Below are positions 45,368 to 54,569 of a stretch of 64,000 nt of DNA, piece by piece; the first letter of the stretch is position 1, and each line of letters opens with the position of its first letter. The DNA comes from an uncultured Acidobacteriota bacterium (GTDB lineage Bacteria > Acidobacteriota > Terriglobia > Terriglobales > Acidobacteriaceae): the NCBI GenBank assembly GCA_963742165.1, contig CAVUKX010000017.1:110698-174697 (forward strand), written 5' to 3'. The translations under genes were made by a program, and so were the position numbers. Under the pieces are notes generated by a model. That model saw nothing but the letters and a program-made list of their open reading frames with translations, was not told the origin of the DNA and made no database searches.

Positions 45368-46318
45368 CTATCGTGGGCTGTCGCGATGCTCGACCTTGAC
45401 GTGGTAGCCCGCCTTAGCCAGGCGCTTTTTGACCTCTTCGGCCAGAAAGACGGAGCGATGCTGGCCGCCGGTGCAGCCAAAGGCGATGGTCAGGTAGCTC
45501 TTGCCTTCGGCCACGTAAAAGGGCAGCAGAAACAAGAGCATGTCCATCACCTTGGCGATGAACTCCTGGGTTTGCGGAAACGAGCGGATGTATTTGGCTA
45601 CCTGCGGATGCTTGCCGGTAAAGGGGCGGAACTCCGCGATGAAGTGCGGATTGGGCAGAAAGCGCACGTCGAAGACCAGGTCGGCGCTCTCCGGAACGCC
45701 GTTCTTGAAGCCGAAGCTGAGGGCCGAGACCAGCAGCGGCTGGCGCTTGTCTCCGCCCGTCTTGAAAAGCTCGACCAGATGGGTGCGCAGCTCGTGAACG
45801 TTGAACTTGGAGGTGTCGATCTCCAGGTCGGCGATGTTGCGGATCTGCTCCAGACGGTGCCGTTCGCTGGCAATGGAGCTGGTGACCGACTCGGCCGCGC
45901 CCAGCGGATGCGGACGCCGCGTCTCGCTGAAGCGCCGCACCAGAACCTTGTCGGCGGTGTCCAGATAGATCAGCGTCACATCCATGCGCTTCTTCAGGTC
46001 GCCAATGATGGCCGGAAGCTGCTCCAGCCGGGTACCCTCGCGGATGTCCACCACGATGGCGGCGCTTTTGTTGTCGCGGGTGTCTTCGATGAGCTGCGCA
46101 AAGCTGGGAATCAACTCCGCGGGCAGATTGTCCACGCAGTAATAGCCCATATCCTCGAAGACCTTGAGCGAGGTAATTTTGCCCGAGCCGCTCAGTCCGG
46201 TGATGACCACCAGCCGGGCCTTGAGCCCAGCCACTTTGCGCTCCAATTCCGGAGCCGGCGCCTTGGCCGTCTTGCGGGAAGCAGGCTTGGGACTCACTTT
46301 CCGTTGCTTGGGGGCCAT
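45368..46318 (-). CDS. rapZ: RNase adapter / nucleotide-binding protein RapZ (YhbJ)
   Basis: LVVITGLSGSGKITSLKVFEDMGYYCVDNLP..., C-terminal ..AFGCTGGQHRSV. The 35-aa basic N-terminal extension may reflect a later alternative start. Confidence 0.85.
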   Translation of the reverse strand: MAPKQRKVSPKPASRKTAKAPAPELERKVAGLKARLVVITGLSGSGKITSLKVFEDMGYYCVDNLPAELIPSFAQLIEDTRDNKSAAIVVDIREGTRLEQLPAIIGDLKKRMDVTLIYLDTADKVLVRRFSETRRPHPLGAAESVTSSIASERHRLEQIRNIADLEIDTSKFNVHELRTHLVELFKTGGDKRQPLLVSALSFGFKNGVPESADLVFDVRFLPNPHFIAEFRPFTGKHPQVAKYIRSFPQTQEFIAKVMDMLLFLLPFYVAEGKSYLTIAFGCTGGQHRSVFLAEEVKKRLAKAGYHVKVEHRDSPR

Positions 46319-46454
46319 ATGCGTAATCTAGCAGCATACGCGACTGGGAGAAAGCTCTTACTCGCCGGAGCCGCCCACAAAAAGCGATGAGCGTGCGCTC
46401 CGGAGCATCTGCTCCCTGCGCACGCCCACCCAGCGGCCGCCGGCAATCGCGCTT

Positions 46455-47048
46455 CTACGGCACTTCGATCAGTTCCAGCTTGCCGTCCTTGCGCCGGTGC
46501 AGAACCCGGATCGTGCCTTTCTTGTCGCGGAAGATGAATACGCCGCGGTCGCGGAATTCGCATTCCTTGACCGCCTCTTCAATGGTCATCGGCTGCACCG
46601 CAACCGCCTCCTGGCTCTTGACCAGGTGGGCCTCGGTCATCTTCGCCTTGGCGGGGAATTTATGCACAACCACGGGAACCGCCGTCACCGATGCGAGGCC
46701 CACCGCAACCGCCAGCTCCGGCTCGGCGGCCTCCTGCTTCCAGGCCGGCTTGACCGCGCGCTTCACGTCGCGCTTGCGGGTATTGAGTTTGAGCGTCTGT
46801 TTTTCAATGTGCTCGATGGCCGTGTCGATGGCCACAAAAACGTCAGTGGATTCGCCGTGCCCCACCAGCGTCTTGGTGCGGCGCGTCAGCGTGATTTCGG
46901 CGATGCGCCGCTGCTTTTCCGCGGTCAGGATCACCTTGCTACTGCAGTTATCGCCCACAATCTTTACAAGCTTCGCCAGTCCCGCTTCCACTTCCTTGCG
47001 AATCTTGGGAGTGATTTCGAATTGCCTTCCGGTGTAATCCACGATCAT
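46455..47048 (-). CDS. hpf: Ribosome hibernation promoting factor, long form
   Basis: Trimmed to ATG 47048 (AGGAGG about 10 nt upstream): MIVDYTGRQFEITPKIRKEVE...; C-terminal dimerisation-type domain ..MTIEEAVKECEFRDRGVFIFRD. Confidence 0.85.
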   Translation of the reverse strand: MIVDYTGRQFEITPKIRKEVEAGLAKLVKIVGDNCSSKVILTAEKQRRIAEITLTRRTKTLVGHGESTDVFVAIDTAIEHIEKQTLKLNTRKRDVKRAVKPAWKQEAAEPELAVAVGLASVTAVPVVVHKFPAKAKMTEAHLVKSQEAVAVQPMTIEEAVKECEFRDRGVFIFRDKKGTIRVLHRRKDGKLELIEVP

Positions 47049-47276
47049 TCGATGTTCCCCTCCTTGGCCCAACAACACATTCTGGTGCTCGATGCCTGCA
47101 TTGTCCAGCGCCATCGGCCGCAAAATGCGTGTCGGCAGAAAACAATGAGCGCTGTCCCTCGGGCGGAAACCTCCGTCCCGGTCCACGAAAACTACGTGGG
47201 CGATTGGTTATATCAGAAGCGGAGTGGCTAGACCAGTCCTGGGGAAGGAATTTACGTTTCGGCTTAATTACCCGGC

Positions 47277-48893
47277 TTACTTCTTGACCCGGCGCTGGTG
47301 GGTGGAGGGGATCTTCATGTCTTCGCGGTATTTTGCCACGGTGCGGCGCGTCACCTGGATGCCCTGGCCCTGCAGGATGCGGGTCAGCTGCTCATCGGTG
47401 AGCGGGCGGGCGGAATCCTCCTCCTCGATCAGCTTCTTGACCCGGCGCTTGAGGATCAGCAGAGAAGTTGCGCCGCCCTCCGGGCCATTGACGCTCTCGC
47501 TGAAGAAATAGCGCAGTTCGAAGACACCTTGCGGGGTGACCGCATATTTGCTGGCCACGGCGCGGCTCACCGTGGAAGGATGCACGCCGATCTCCTCGGC
47601 CACTTCCTTGATCATCATCGGCTTGAGGAAGTCGATGCCGAAATCGAGGAACTCGTGCTGGCGGCCGATGATGGCGTAGCAGGTCTTCAGAATCGTCTGC
47701 TTGCGCTGCTCGATGTTCTTGATGAGCTGCATGGCGCTCTTGTAGCGCTCCTTGACGTAGGTGCGCACGTCCTTCTCGTTGCCTTCGCGGCTCAGCATTT
47801 TTTTGTAGGCCGGGTTGAGGCGCAGCTGCGGCATGTCGTCGTCGTTCATCACCACCAGGTACTCGTCGCCCTGCTTGATGATGGCCACGTCGGGCTCGAT
47901 GAGGCGGGTTTCGCCGACGTTGTAGCGCAGGCCGGGCTTGGGGTCCAGGGTGCGGATGAGGGCCATGCAGCGCTCCAGCCGCTCCAAAGGCTTGCCCATG
48001 GCGCGGCCAATCTCGCGCATCTGCTTGTTCTGCAGCAGGTGGAGATGCTTGTCCACGATCACCGTGGCGTCAGCCAGCAGCTCCGGCATGTCAGGCTCGC
48101 CGCCGTGCTCGTCGTGGGCACGCACCAGGTCTTTGAGCTGGGCCAGGAGGCACTCGCGCAGATCGCGCGCTCCCACGCCCACCGGGTCCATCTGCCGCAC
48201 CACATCCAGCGCCTCGTGCAGCGCGTCGCGGCCAAAGAGCGCCTTGGAGGGCAGCTCCGGCTTGGGCACCAGCTTGGGACGCTCCAGCTCCGCGCCTTCC
48301 GCCGAGTCCACCTCCAGCACCGGTGCCGCGGCTGCTTCGTGCGCGGCCAGAAAACCTGCGCCCTGCTCCAGCAGTTCCTCGTCGCTGGAGAGCAGATACC
48401 CGTCATCGCCCAGATTGCCGATGATCAGCTCGGCCGCCGCCAGCACGTCGTCTTTGACGTGCATCGCGCCCAGCTGCCACATGAGGTGGTCGGTGAGGGT
48501 GGTGGGTTTGGAGAGGAAGTTTTCGAAGGAGGGCTTTTCGATCGACTCCAGCTCGCTGTTGCTGCGGTAGCCGGGGTCGAGGTAATCATTGAAAAAGGAG
48601 CCGAAATCGACCTCTTCGAAGGGATCGCGCTCCTCGGGAGTGGTCTTGGGCTCTTCTACCGTGGCGGCGCTGCTGTCGCGCTCGCGCTGCTCTTCCTGGG
48701 CCGCAATCTGGTCGATGCTCGGCACCGGATCCTCATACAAGTCCAGAACCGGATTTTCCACCATCTCTTCGGTGATCATGTCCTGCAGCTCAAGCTTGTT
48801 GAGCGCGAGCACACTGACCATCTGCACCAGTCCGGGAGTCAGGATCTGGCGTTGCGTAACCTTCAAATTCAGCTTTGTCGACAGTGATACCAT
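47277..48893 (-). CDS. rpoN: RNA polymerase sigma-54 factor
   Basis: N-terminal LKVTQRQILTPGLVQMVSVL, HTH ..IKEVAEEIGVHPSTVSRAV.., and RpoN box RRTVAKYRE. Confidence 0.95.
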   Translation of the reverse strand: MVSLSTKLNLKVTQRQILTPGLVQMVSVLALNKLELQDMITEEMVENPVLDLYEDPVPSIDQIAAQEEQRERDSSAATVEEPKTTPEERDPFEEVDFGSFFNDYLDPGYRSNSELESIEKPSFENFLSKPTTLTDHLMWQLGAMHVKDDVLAAAELIIGNLGDDGYLLSSDEELLEQGAGFLAAHEAAAAPVLEVDSAEGAELERPKLVPKPELPSKALFGRDALHEALDVVRQMDPVGVGARDLRECLLAQLKDLVRAHDEHGGEPDMPELLADATVIVDKHLHLLQNKQMREIGRAMGKPLERLERCMALIRTLDPKPGLRYNVGETRLIEPDVAIIKQGDEYLVVMNDDDMPQLRLNPAYKKMLSREGNEKDVRTYVKERYKSAMQLIKNIEQRKQTILKTCYAIIGRQHEFLDFGIDFLKPMMIKEVAEEIGVHPSTVSRAVASKYAVTPQGVFELRYFFSESVNGPEGGATSLLILKRRVKKLIEEEDSARPLTDEQLTRILQGQGIQVTRRTVAKYREDMKIPSTHQRRVKK

Positions 48894-49036
48894 GCACCAA
48901 CGGCGAAGGGGAAGTTTCCCAAGGCTGATTCTAAACCAGAAAGTTCAGTTGCATACGGAGTTCGGCAATCAAAATGCTACAAAAATAACTTAGGCCGGCG
49001 TGGGTAGCTGGTTCGCCACTCCCCGGAGCTCTGCCG

Positions 49037-49110
49037 TTATACCAGAGTAAAGCTCCCGCCAAGGTAGACGCGCTTCACTTCGGGGTCGTTGCCGGTTGCC
49101 CGGGGGTGGC
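49037..49110 (-). pseudogene. Orphan duplicate of the lptB 3' end (last ~18 codons plus stop)
   Basis: Minus strand reads ..[17 protein letters not shown], versus intact LptB ..[17 protein letters not shown] at 55735..55809. By hand alignment, 53 of 58 nt are identical before an indel. Confidence 0.8.
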
Positions 49111-49162
49111 TGAGTGATTCTGAGGCAACGATTCCGGTGAAATGCTGCGCCGGCGGCTCTGG

Positions 49163-49195
49163 TTCGGGCTAGTGAGCTGATTGGTGAATTGCGCC
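49163..49195. repeat. Island-specific repeat, GGGATAGTGAGCTA-core, type 1
   Basis: TTCGGGCTAGTGAGCTGATTGGTGAATTGCGCC, compared with TTCGGGATAGTGAGCTACTTGGCGATTTATCGCC at 49470. Confidence 0.6.
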
Positions 49196-49468
49196 AGCGG
49201 AGCTTTTTCGAGGAACACCCCCTCCCCCTATATTTCCCGGCAAAAATTTGAAAAAAAAGGAGTTAGGCGGCGAAAACGGGGCACAAAGGCGAAGAAAGCT
49301 TCCCTGATTTCAGGATAGCAAAAAGGGAGGGGCAAACCCTCAGTGGGAAGCGGATCTTTATGTAGCTTGGAGTCAGATGGTTGCGAGGAATTGCAAAGAA
49401 AAATCGCTTGACAGAGTTGTGCTACGAGGCCCAGTGCGTTCTGCATCGCAGGGAACCGCCCAGCTAAG

Positions 49469-49503
49469 CTTCGGGATAGTGAGCTACTTGGCGATTTATC
49501 GCC
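49469..49503. repeat. Island-specific repeat, type 1 (core plus GGCGAT-TT-ATCGCC hairpin)
   Basis: CTTCGGGATAGTGAGCTACTTGGCGATTTATCGCC. Overlaps the stop codon of the 49496..49822 gene. It is the inverted partner of 49883..49917. Confidence 0.8.
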
Positions 49504-49822
49504 CACTATTCATTGAGAGCTTAAAGGCAGCTACCTTGGCTGCCGTAAGTCTGAGGCCGCGGAGAACGCACCAAAAGCATACCGAATAGAGCAAAGCGGG
49601 AATCCATAGAACGATTGCATAGGTTATGACCTGATTTAGCATTCGGTTATGCAGTTCTGGGGCGTAATCCAACAACCAGGCCCAAGGCATTCCAAACAAA
49701 AAGGCGTAACCCGCGACGTGTTTACGGTGCAGGTGCAGACGGTCGGCGAGGTTCATTAGCACGGTTAGAACAGCCGCAACAGCAAAAGGTAATGTCAGTA
49801 ATATCCGCTTGCACCAAGTCAT
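49496..49822 (-). CDS. Small (108 aa) three-TM membrane protein, hypothetical
   Basis: Trimmed to ATG 49822: MTWCKRILLTLPFAVAAVLTVLMNL...YAFLFGMPWAWLL...VITYAIVLWIPALLYSVCFWCVL. AT-richer than the flanks by eye. Confidence 0.5.
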   Translation of the reverse strand: MTWCKRILLTLPFAVAAVLTVLMNLADRLHLHRKHVAGYAFLFGMPWAWLLDYAPELHNRMLNQVITYAIVLWIPALLYSVCFWCVLRGLRLTAAKVAAFKLSMNSGR

Positions 49823-49882
49823 AGTTGTCTGCACTTTACGCCAAATAGCGGCCAAGTTCCACGAATTGTTGGACGACAACAG

Positions 49883-49917
49883 GCCAAGTAACTCACTATC
49901 CCCGAAGCGGAACCGCG
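49883..49917. repeat. Island-specific repeat, type 2 (inverted core plus GCGGAACCGCG)
   Basis: GCCAAGTAACTCACTATCCCCGAAGCGGAACCGCG. Its reverse complement matches 49469..49492 at about 25 of 27 positions. Confidence 0.8.
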
Positions 49918-49944
49918 CGGGCCACGCCTTCCGCGACGGCGGGG

Positions 49945-49975
49945 GCATATTTGCCCTCTGTTGGCAAATGTGGGG
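49945..49975. repeat. REP-like palindrome, family A variant
   Basis: GCATATTTGCC-CTCTGTT-GGCAAATGTGGGG. Translates on the minus strand as PHICQQRANM. Confidence 0.6.
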
Positions 49976-50099
49976 ACGCAGGCCGCCTACGAAAGCCCCA
50001 GAGTTGGATGCGCCAACGCTGATTGGATAAGAACGAAGGCTTCGGCGGACCCGGTATTCTTTGGTTGAGGACCAAGAAGCTGGGTCAGGAGAAGCCTTC

Positions 50100-50990
50100 A
50101 TGCAGATTATAGGGTGTGATTTCCATCCCAGTTGGCAACAAGTAGCGGTTTTTGATCCCTCGACAGGTGAGATTGTGGAACTCAAGCTGGTCAACGGCAA
50201 CGGCGAGGCGGAGCGATTTTACCGTTCTCTGCCTCGGCCATCGCTGATTGGCTTGGAGAGTTGTGGCAACAGTCAGTGGTTTGTGGAGTTGTTGGAAAAG
50301 CTGGGGCACCTGGTGTGGATCGGCGATGCAGCGCAGATTCGGGCCAGTTATGTGCGCAAGCAGAAGACCGACAAGCGCGACGCGGCGCACATTCTGACGC
50401 TTCTGCGCGAGGGTCGGTTTCCTCGGTTGTGGGCTCCGGATGCGGCGGTGCGCGATCTGCGGCAGTTGTTGATTCACCGGCACAAGCTGGTGGAGATTCG
50501 GACGCGGGTGAAAAATGGTTTGCAGCATCTGGCGATGAATCGCGGCATGCAGAAGAAGGCCAGACTGTGGAGCGAGGCGGGTCAGATGGCGTTTGGCGCA
50601 CTTCCCTTGGAAGGTTGGGCGGCGTGCCGGAGAGAAGATCTGCAGCGGTTGCGGGCGATGCTCGATGTCCAGGTTGGCAAGCTCGACGAGGCTGCGGAAC
50701 GCGCCGCCTATCACGACGAGCAGGCGCGACTGCTGATGACGCAACCAGGGGTGGGTCCGATCACCTCGTTGGCCTTTGTGCTGACCATTGGCGAGGTTGC
50801 GCGGTTCAAGCGCGGCAAGCAGGTGGCCAGCTATCTGGGACTGATTCCGCGCGAACACAGTTCGGGCGGCAAACAGCGGCTCGGCGCGATCAGCAAGCAG
50901 GGCAACGGGTTTGCGCGCATGTTGCTGGTGGAAGCGGCGCAGACAGCGTGCCGGTTGGACGAGGGATTTCGCAAGCAGTATCAGCACCGC
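50100..50990 (+). mobile_element. IS110-family DEDD recombinase/transposase gene, 3'-truncated
   Basis: MQIIGCDFH.., IGLESCGNS, KTDKRDAAHIL (DEDD-type N-domain). QPGVGPITSLAFV..IGEVARF.., YLGLIPREHSSGGK (Ser motif). Family similarity stops at ..FRKQYQHR (50990), and the ORF then reads antisense through the next gene. Confidence 0.8.
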
Positions 50991-51014
50991 TGGGCTGAGC
51001 ATGTACAGGATGGC

Positions 51015-51704
51015 TCAAGCTCTCGGAAGGGCCAAAATCTTGTATGTACTCAAGACAAGCAGGACGAACGAGACCACCACGACTGCGACCCGCGGCCCCA
51101 AAGCCTCGAAACGTTGGCTCAGCGCAGTCAGGAGCAGAACGGTAGCCAACAGGACCGTGATTCTCACGTAGTCGTCGCCGGTCTCCCGCGTGCTTACGCC
51201 CTTCTGGAACTGGCTTTTGGACTCCGCTGCGAGTGCCGCAGACTGTTGGCTGTTTGCGTTTGCGTACTCCGCCATGAAATCGGGGCCGGGAGGAGCATTG
51301 AGATTGTGAATGGGGTCGAGTTTCATCCAGGCGGCGAACGCAGTGGCATATTCGGGCCGGAATCGGTGCTGGTAGAATGCGGCCAACTTGTCTCTGCCGG
51401 CCAGCGTTGCGGAAACCCAGGCATTGAAGGTCGTGATGTCGTAAAGGCGATCATGGCCCGCCAGCGTCGCCTTCTCCTGCGACGCCACCATGGTGATGGA
51501 CGCAAGGTTGTAGTGCTCGGCCGAAAGGGCGTCCCAGCGCGCCGCCTGGTAGCCGCTCCACGCGGTAGCGATCGCGACAACCGCGAGCACAACAGCCTCT
51601 GCGATCTCAACCCATTTCACCCGGCGGTCGGTTGGTGATGAATGATGCTCGCCCTGCTCGTGAATCTTGTGAGCAAACTCAACGTTCGACGTTGCCTCTG
51701 GCAT
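51015..51704 (-). CDS. DUF4337-like membrane protein
   Basis: N-terminal His-rich HKIHEQGEHHSSP, TM segment WVEIAEAVVLAVVAIATAWSGYQAARW, long helical region, C-terminal TM pair. Family call is from memory. Confidence 0.5.
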   Translation of the reverse strand: MPEATSNVEFAHKIHEQGEHHSSPTDRRVKWVEIAEAVVLAVVAIATAWSGYQAARWDALSAEHYNLASITMVASQEKATLAGHDRLYDITTFNAWVSATLAGRDKLAAFYQHRFRPEYATAFAAWMKLDPIHNLNAPPGPDFMAEYANANSQQSAALAAESKSQFQKGVSTRETGDDYVRITVLLATVLLLTALSQRFEALGPRVAVVVVSFVLLVLSTYKILALPRA

Positions 51705-52168
51705 CCGTATGCCTCCCGCGGCGAATCGGAAGTTGGGAGCTCCGGTCCGGAATGCCGCTCAGTCTCCTACAATAGGCGACTTTTCCGCGCCGCTTATTCC
51801 GTTTCGGCTCGAACCATCCAGTTGGAGCGGCGCTTGCTTGTTCAGCCGCTCCTGGCTCTTCTGGCTTTTCCCGATAAGCCATGCCTCGCTACTTGATCTT
51901 CGTGCGTGTGTCGGTGTGGCGCACGATATTGAATTCCATGCGAAATGCTACGAAGTATGCATTTAGGAGGCAACTGTCAAAGCTGACAGCCTTAGATTGC
52001 ACTCCTTCGATTACCCGCCCTCGGCGAGATGCTTGCCTGCGGCCTGTATATTTTGACACTGTCCAGCCCCGAAGCGGACGGCGCAGGAAACGTGCTCTGA
52101 AAACCTGCATCTAAGTAATCAGTTCAACCGAGCTGTTAACTGAAAGTTTTGCAAAATGGAGAAACCAC

Positions 52169-53932
52169 ATGTCTTTGGGTCGATTCCTTCGATTTGTACT
52201 CCCGTTGGCGGTCGCACTCTGCGTACCGTCGTTTTTGTTAGCCCAGACTGATTCTGTTCCCAAGGTACAGATTTTCGGCGGCTATTCGTGGTATCACCCT
52301 GGCGGCTCCGTCTCGACTACGGACGTTACCACTGCCGATATCTCGCGTGTCGCGGCCGTCCCGGCAGTGTCGAGTTCCGATCCGAGCATACCGGATTTCA
52401 ACGCAGGCTGGGGGGCGCAGGTCACCTACAACTTCAACAATTGGTTGGGAGCGACCGTGGACGGCAGCGGCCACTACAACCATGGCAGCATTTACACGGC
52501 TGCGGGCGGACCGAAGTTCACCTATCGCAGGGGGCACTTTGCGCCCTTCGGCGAGGTACTAGCCGGTGTCGCGTTTATTGGGCCGAATTCAGCTCCCAGC
52601 ACCAACGAATTTGCGTTCCTGGCCGGCGGCGGACTCGATTACCAGGTGACTCGGCACTTCTCGATTCGGCCCGTGCAGGCGGACTACGTCCTGACGCAAT
52701 ATAACGAGTTTTCTGCTCCAGGCGTTCGGAACTACCTAAGTGGAGTTCGTCTGCAGGCGGGCCTGGTACTCAACTTCGGATATCCGAAGGTAGTTGAGGT
52801 AGGCGCGAACTGCACCGCGGTGCCATCGGCGGTGGACGCCGGCGGGCCGGTCACGATCACCTTGACGCCGTCGGGCTTTTCGCCCAAGCGCACTCTGAGC
52901 TACTCCTATTCCAGCACCGGCGGCAAGATCTCCGGAAACACGATTGACACCACGGGCCTGAACGCGGGCACCTATACGGTGAGCGCCAAGGTTGCGGACA
53001 GCGGCAGTGGCAAGAATCAGCGGACCGCAGGTTGCCAGGTGAGCTTCATGGTGAACCCGATGAATCCGCCGACTCTGTCCGTTTCAGCGAGCCCGAGTTC
53101 GGTGGACGCGGGCCAAAGCTCGACAATTACGGCCAGCGGCAGCAGCCCGGATAACCGTCCGCTCAGCTACAGCTGCACATCGACTGCCGGAAATTTGAGC
53201 GGAGCCGGCACGCACTACACCCTGGACACCACCGGCGTTCAGCCGGCAAGCAGCATTACCGTAAATTGCACGGTGACCGACGACCGCAGCCTGACCGCAG
53301 CGGCGAGCGCCGGGGTGACGATCAACGCTGCTGCAGCAGTGGTTGCACCACCTCCCCCGCCGCAGACCGAAATCGAGGAATACCTGAAGATTCGGAGTAT
53401 CTACTTTGCGACAGACAAGCCTTCGGTCAAGAAGCCCGACGGCGGCCTGATGCCTAGCCAGGAAGCTACTCTCGCCAAACTCGCAAGCAGTTTCAAGACG
53501 TATCTCCAAAGCAAGCCGGATGCCACCCTGACCTTGGAAGGCCATGCCGACCAGCGTGGTTCCGTGGCATACAATCAGGCACTGTCCGAGCGGCGTGTTG
53601 AAAGCACCAAGCACCTGCTGGTTGAGCAGGGCGTTCCGGAAGCCAGCATCCAGACCAAGGCGTACGGTAAGCAACATAACCTCACCGAAGCCGAAGTTAA
53701 AAATGCGGTGGAACAGAACCCCGAGGTGAGCGCTGAAGACAGGGCGAAATTGCTGAAGAAGATCAAAGTAATCCAATGGGCAAGCAACCGCCGCGTGGAC
53801 GTTACTCTGAACATCCCTGGCAAGAGCCCTCAGGAGTCAGTCCAGACGTACCCCTTTAACGCTGAGGATTCCATGGTTCTGCTGTCGCCAGCTCCTCCGT
53901 CGAAAAAGGCAGCAGCCACGAAAAAGAAATAG
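52169..53932 (+). CDS. Three-module outer-membrane protein: N-terminal beta-barrel, two Ig-like repeats, C-terminal OmpA domain
   Basis: Signal peptide. Barrel-like strands (KVQIFGGYSWYHP...GVRLQAGLVLNF). Two repeats (CTAVPSAVDAGGPVTITLTPSG.. / VSASPSSVDAGQSSTITASGS..). OmpA domain (IYFATDKP...LEGHADQRGSVAYNQALSERR..NRRVDV). Confidence 0.8.
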   Translation: MSLGRFLRFVLPLAVALCVPSFLLAQTDSVPKVQIFGGYSWYHPGGSVSTTDVTTADISRVAAVPAVSSSDPSIPDFNAGWGAQVTYNFNNWLGATVDGSGHYNHGSIYTAAGGPKFTYRRGHFAPFGEVLAGVAFIGPNSAPSTNEFAFLAGGGLDYQVTRHFSIRPVQADYVLTQYNEFSAPGVRNYLSGVRLQAGLVLNFGYPKVVEVGANCTAVPSAVDAGGPVTITLTPSGFSPKRTLSYSYSSTGGKISGNTIDTTGLNAGTYTVSAKVADSGSGKNQRTAGCQVSFMVNPMNPPTLSVSASPSSVDAGQSSTITASGSSPDNRPLSYSCTSTAGNLSGAGTHYTLDTTGVQPASSITVNCTVTDDRSLTAAASAGVTINAAAAVVAPPPPPQTEIEEYLKIRSIYFATDKPSVKKPDGGLMPSQEATLAKLASSFKTYLQSKPDATLTLEGHADQRGSVAYNQALSERRVESTKHLLVEQGVPEASIQTKAYGKQHNLTEAEVKNAVEQNPEVSAEDRAKLLKKIKVIQWASNRRVDVTLNIPGKSPQESVQTYPFNAEDSMVLLSPAPPSKKAAATKKK

Positions 53933-53953
53933 CTGAGCTGCTGTTTTCAAGGA

Positions 53954-53985
53954 GTGGCCCGTCGCTTCGCGGCGGGCCACTTTTT
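53954..53985 (+). terminator. Rho-independent terminator
   Basis: GTGGCCCGTCGC-TTCG-CGGCGGGCCAC followed by TTTTT, 22 nt after the stop codon. Confidence 0.8.
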
Positions 53986-54348
53986 GCGTATGGAGAGTGG
54001 CGCCGGCTCAAGATGTAGTGGCTACTTCTCGCCACGTAGCTTCAAATCGGGGATGTTTCGGAGCGGCCGCCTAGCCAGAAACACTATTCTTTCCATTGTC
54101 ACTTTTTGCCAGTTCTCACGGACGGGGCACTACGATTCGGCTACTTTTCCGAATGTGACCAGTTGGGTTGGTCGGTCGGCTGGAAACACAGCCGAGTTCG
54201 TTCCTCGCAGGATCCCTCGACACTCCGCGATGCGTTCGCAAAGAAGCGTTACGGTTGGCGCCGATTATGGGCGAGTTACAGGGCATACGGAAATTGTCGA
54301 CAGTAGGATAGTTGTCGATAACAGGGCTTTTAGCTCAGTATCCCGCAG

Positions 54349-54385
54349 CTCTGGATAGTGCGTTACATGGCGATTTATCGCCATG
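54349..54385. repeat. Island-specific repeat, type 1
   Basis: CTCTGGATAGTGCGTTACATGGCGATTTATCGCCATG, including the 9-bp-arm palindrome CATGGCGAT-TT-ATCGCCATG. A degenerate inverted core (TAGCTCAGTATCCC) lies just upstream at 54331..54344. Confidence 0.75.
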
Positions 54386-54569
54386 TATTTTCACATCTGG
54401 GTTATTTCCGAGTGGCCGACAAACCTGGAATCATGGCGTGGCGCGCGACATAATCCTGCACGCCAATGTCAGAAGTTAGATTCACCAGTGCCCAGATGTA
54501 TTCCAGCACCTTAGAGAAAATGCGAGATCAGGCCGGAGGGCCTCCTGCATAGCAGAGGGCCGACCATTA

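Noticed and set aside
47298-48887. 529-aa plus-strand ORF
   Set aside because: Antisense shadow of rpoN.
49228-49506. 92-aa minus-strand ORF at the left end of the island
   Set aside because: Low-complexity, Ser/Leu/Phe-rich translation. It spans poly-A/T tracts and an island repeat and has no RBS.
50991-51638. C-terminal 216 codons of track ORF 50061..51638
   Set aside because: IS110-family similarity ends at 50990. The remainder is antisense to the DUF4337-like gene.
53954-54358. 134-aa plus-strand ORF after the modular OmpA gene
   Set aside because: It starts inside the terminator hairpin and has no RBS or motifs. The region is better explained as intergenic with repeat copies.
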